The position numbers and the translations under genes were made by a program. DNA of 62,822 nucleotides, the filler included, from Globobulimina sp. (Eukaryota): the NCBI GenBank assembly GCA_003354225.1. It is 37 parts of 37 records of this genome, joined end to end, with 100 filler letters (N's around TTAATTAATTAA, not from the genome) between each part and the next. Parts side by side here need not be neighbours in the genome. Positions count along the whole stretch, not along the records: positions 61,223 to 62,822 come from PIVH01014297.1; 36 more parts are not named here. The stretch is one strand, 5' to 3'. The notes under the pieces are model-generated. The model was given only the letters and a program-made list of their open reading frames with translations. It was not told the DNA's origin and ran no database searches. Positions 62,018 through 62,822 of this stretch are shown here, piece by piece (position 1 is the first letter of the stretch; each line of letters opens with the position of its first letter).

Positions 62018-62734
62018 TCAATTGTTCCAAAAAATACCAAATGTTTGCAGCACTTTAGCAAAGCTATAATTGAATTCATAACATGTGACCATGAAAGGAA
62101 AAGTTACGCTTACTACCCACCAAAAGTTATTGTTGAGTTTCTGTAACGACAGTTTCCCACAAAAGTGAAGACTCGCTTGAAACATTATCAAATTAAAAAT
62201 GACCATTGTCCAATAAGTAAAATATAAATTAAATTGACGGAACCCTTCGTCCTCCAATAACCCAATAGTATGGTTTTGCTTAAAATTTAATAATGCACTC
62301 ATATACAGTACAGACAGTAATACGGCAATGGTCGGTACAATCATACTTGTAAATGTCACTGGTGCTGGACATTCCATTTCTGAGTGTTGATTTTTGAATA
62401 TATCTTTGAAAAAATTCACAGATGTATCACGTATTTTGAGTGACTCTTCATACTCTTTTCTCGACAGGATTCTAAATGATCTGAGGCCCAAATAAATGCT
62501 ACATCTGTCAAATAACTGTCTACCAGAATAAATAAGATTATAGATACACCAAATAAATACATATGTAGTCAAAATGTATTTTTCTAAGTTGCCACTGTAC
62601 TTTTCTCTGTTGTAAAATAATCCCAATCTTGCTGTTGCCAATGTTGCGAGTTGTATGTGTGTTGTAGCAAAAAACACACTTCTGTAGTTCATTTTTGCAG
62701 GAACTTTGTAAATCATTGGAATACCACTAAGCAT
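62018..62734 (-). CDS. Multi-pass membrane protein of unknown family
   Basis: 238-codon ORF with about five hydrophobic segments. Confidence 0.55.
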   Translation of the reverse strand: MLSGIPMIYKVPAKMNYRSVFFATTHIQLATLATARLGLFYNREKYSGNLEKYILTTYVFIWCIYNLIYSGRQLFDRCSIYLGLRSFRILSRKEYEESLKIRDTSVNFFKDIFKNQHSEMECPAPVTFTSMIVPTIAVLLSVLYMSALLNFKQNHTIGLLEDEGFRQFNLYFTYWTMVIFNLIMFQASLHFCGKLSLQKLNNNFWWVVSVTFPFMVTCYEFNYSFAKVLQTFGIFWNN

Positions 62735-62822
62735 ATTGATCGCACAAATGATACACCACCCATTGAATAACGTGTCATGTTGTTTGCTTAATTCATAGTC
62801 TTTTTCAAATATTTGAAATTTT

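Overview
This window is not a continuous locus. It holds 37 unrelated short contigs (1602 to 1600 bp, in descending length) joined by an artificial 100-bp linker (N44-TTAATTAATTAA-N44), so neighbours across a linker mean nothing. Most contigs come from an AT-rich, gene-dense protist with short introns (mostly 60-85 nt), Asn-rich low-complexity proteins, PT-rich stalks and Kelch, G-beta and MATH-like genes. The style suggests a foraminiferan (inference). Recognisable genes include alpha-tubulin, an ARP4-like actin-related protein, Sar1, ATM1/ABCB7, an ABCA transporter, an acid-ceramidase-like hydrolase, an amino-acid permease, SDRs, a histidine phosphatase, and BTB, FN3, Sfi1-like, zf-C2HC, DUF4419 and DUF1917-like proteins. 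Mobile DNA comprises a Sola-like DDD transposase, a non-LTR RT fragment, a Bel/Pao remnant and a satellite-bearing repeat. One contig joins a GC-rich bacterial CxxCH gene directly to the AT-rich RT. The two strongest leads are (1) an intergenic array of small hairpins whose stems change with compensation while the NGGTAA loop is kept (11118-11359), and (2) a CCA/poly(A)-polymerase-type nucleotidyltransferase domain inside an apparently extracytoplasmic single-pass membrane protein (34065-35622). All family calls are from reading motifs by eye; no searches were run.
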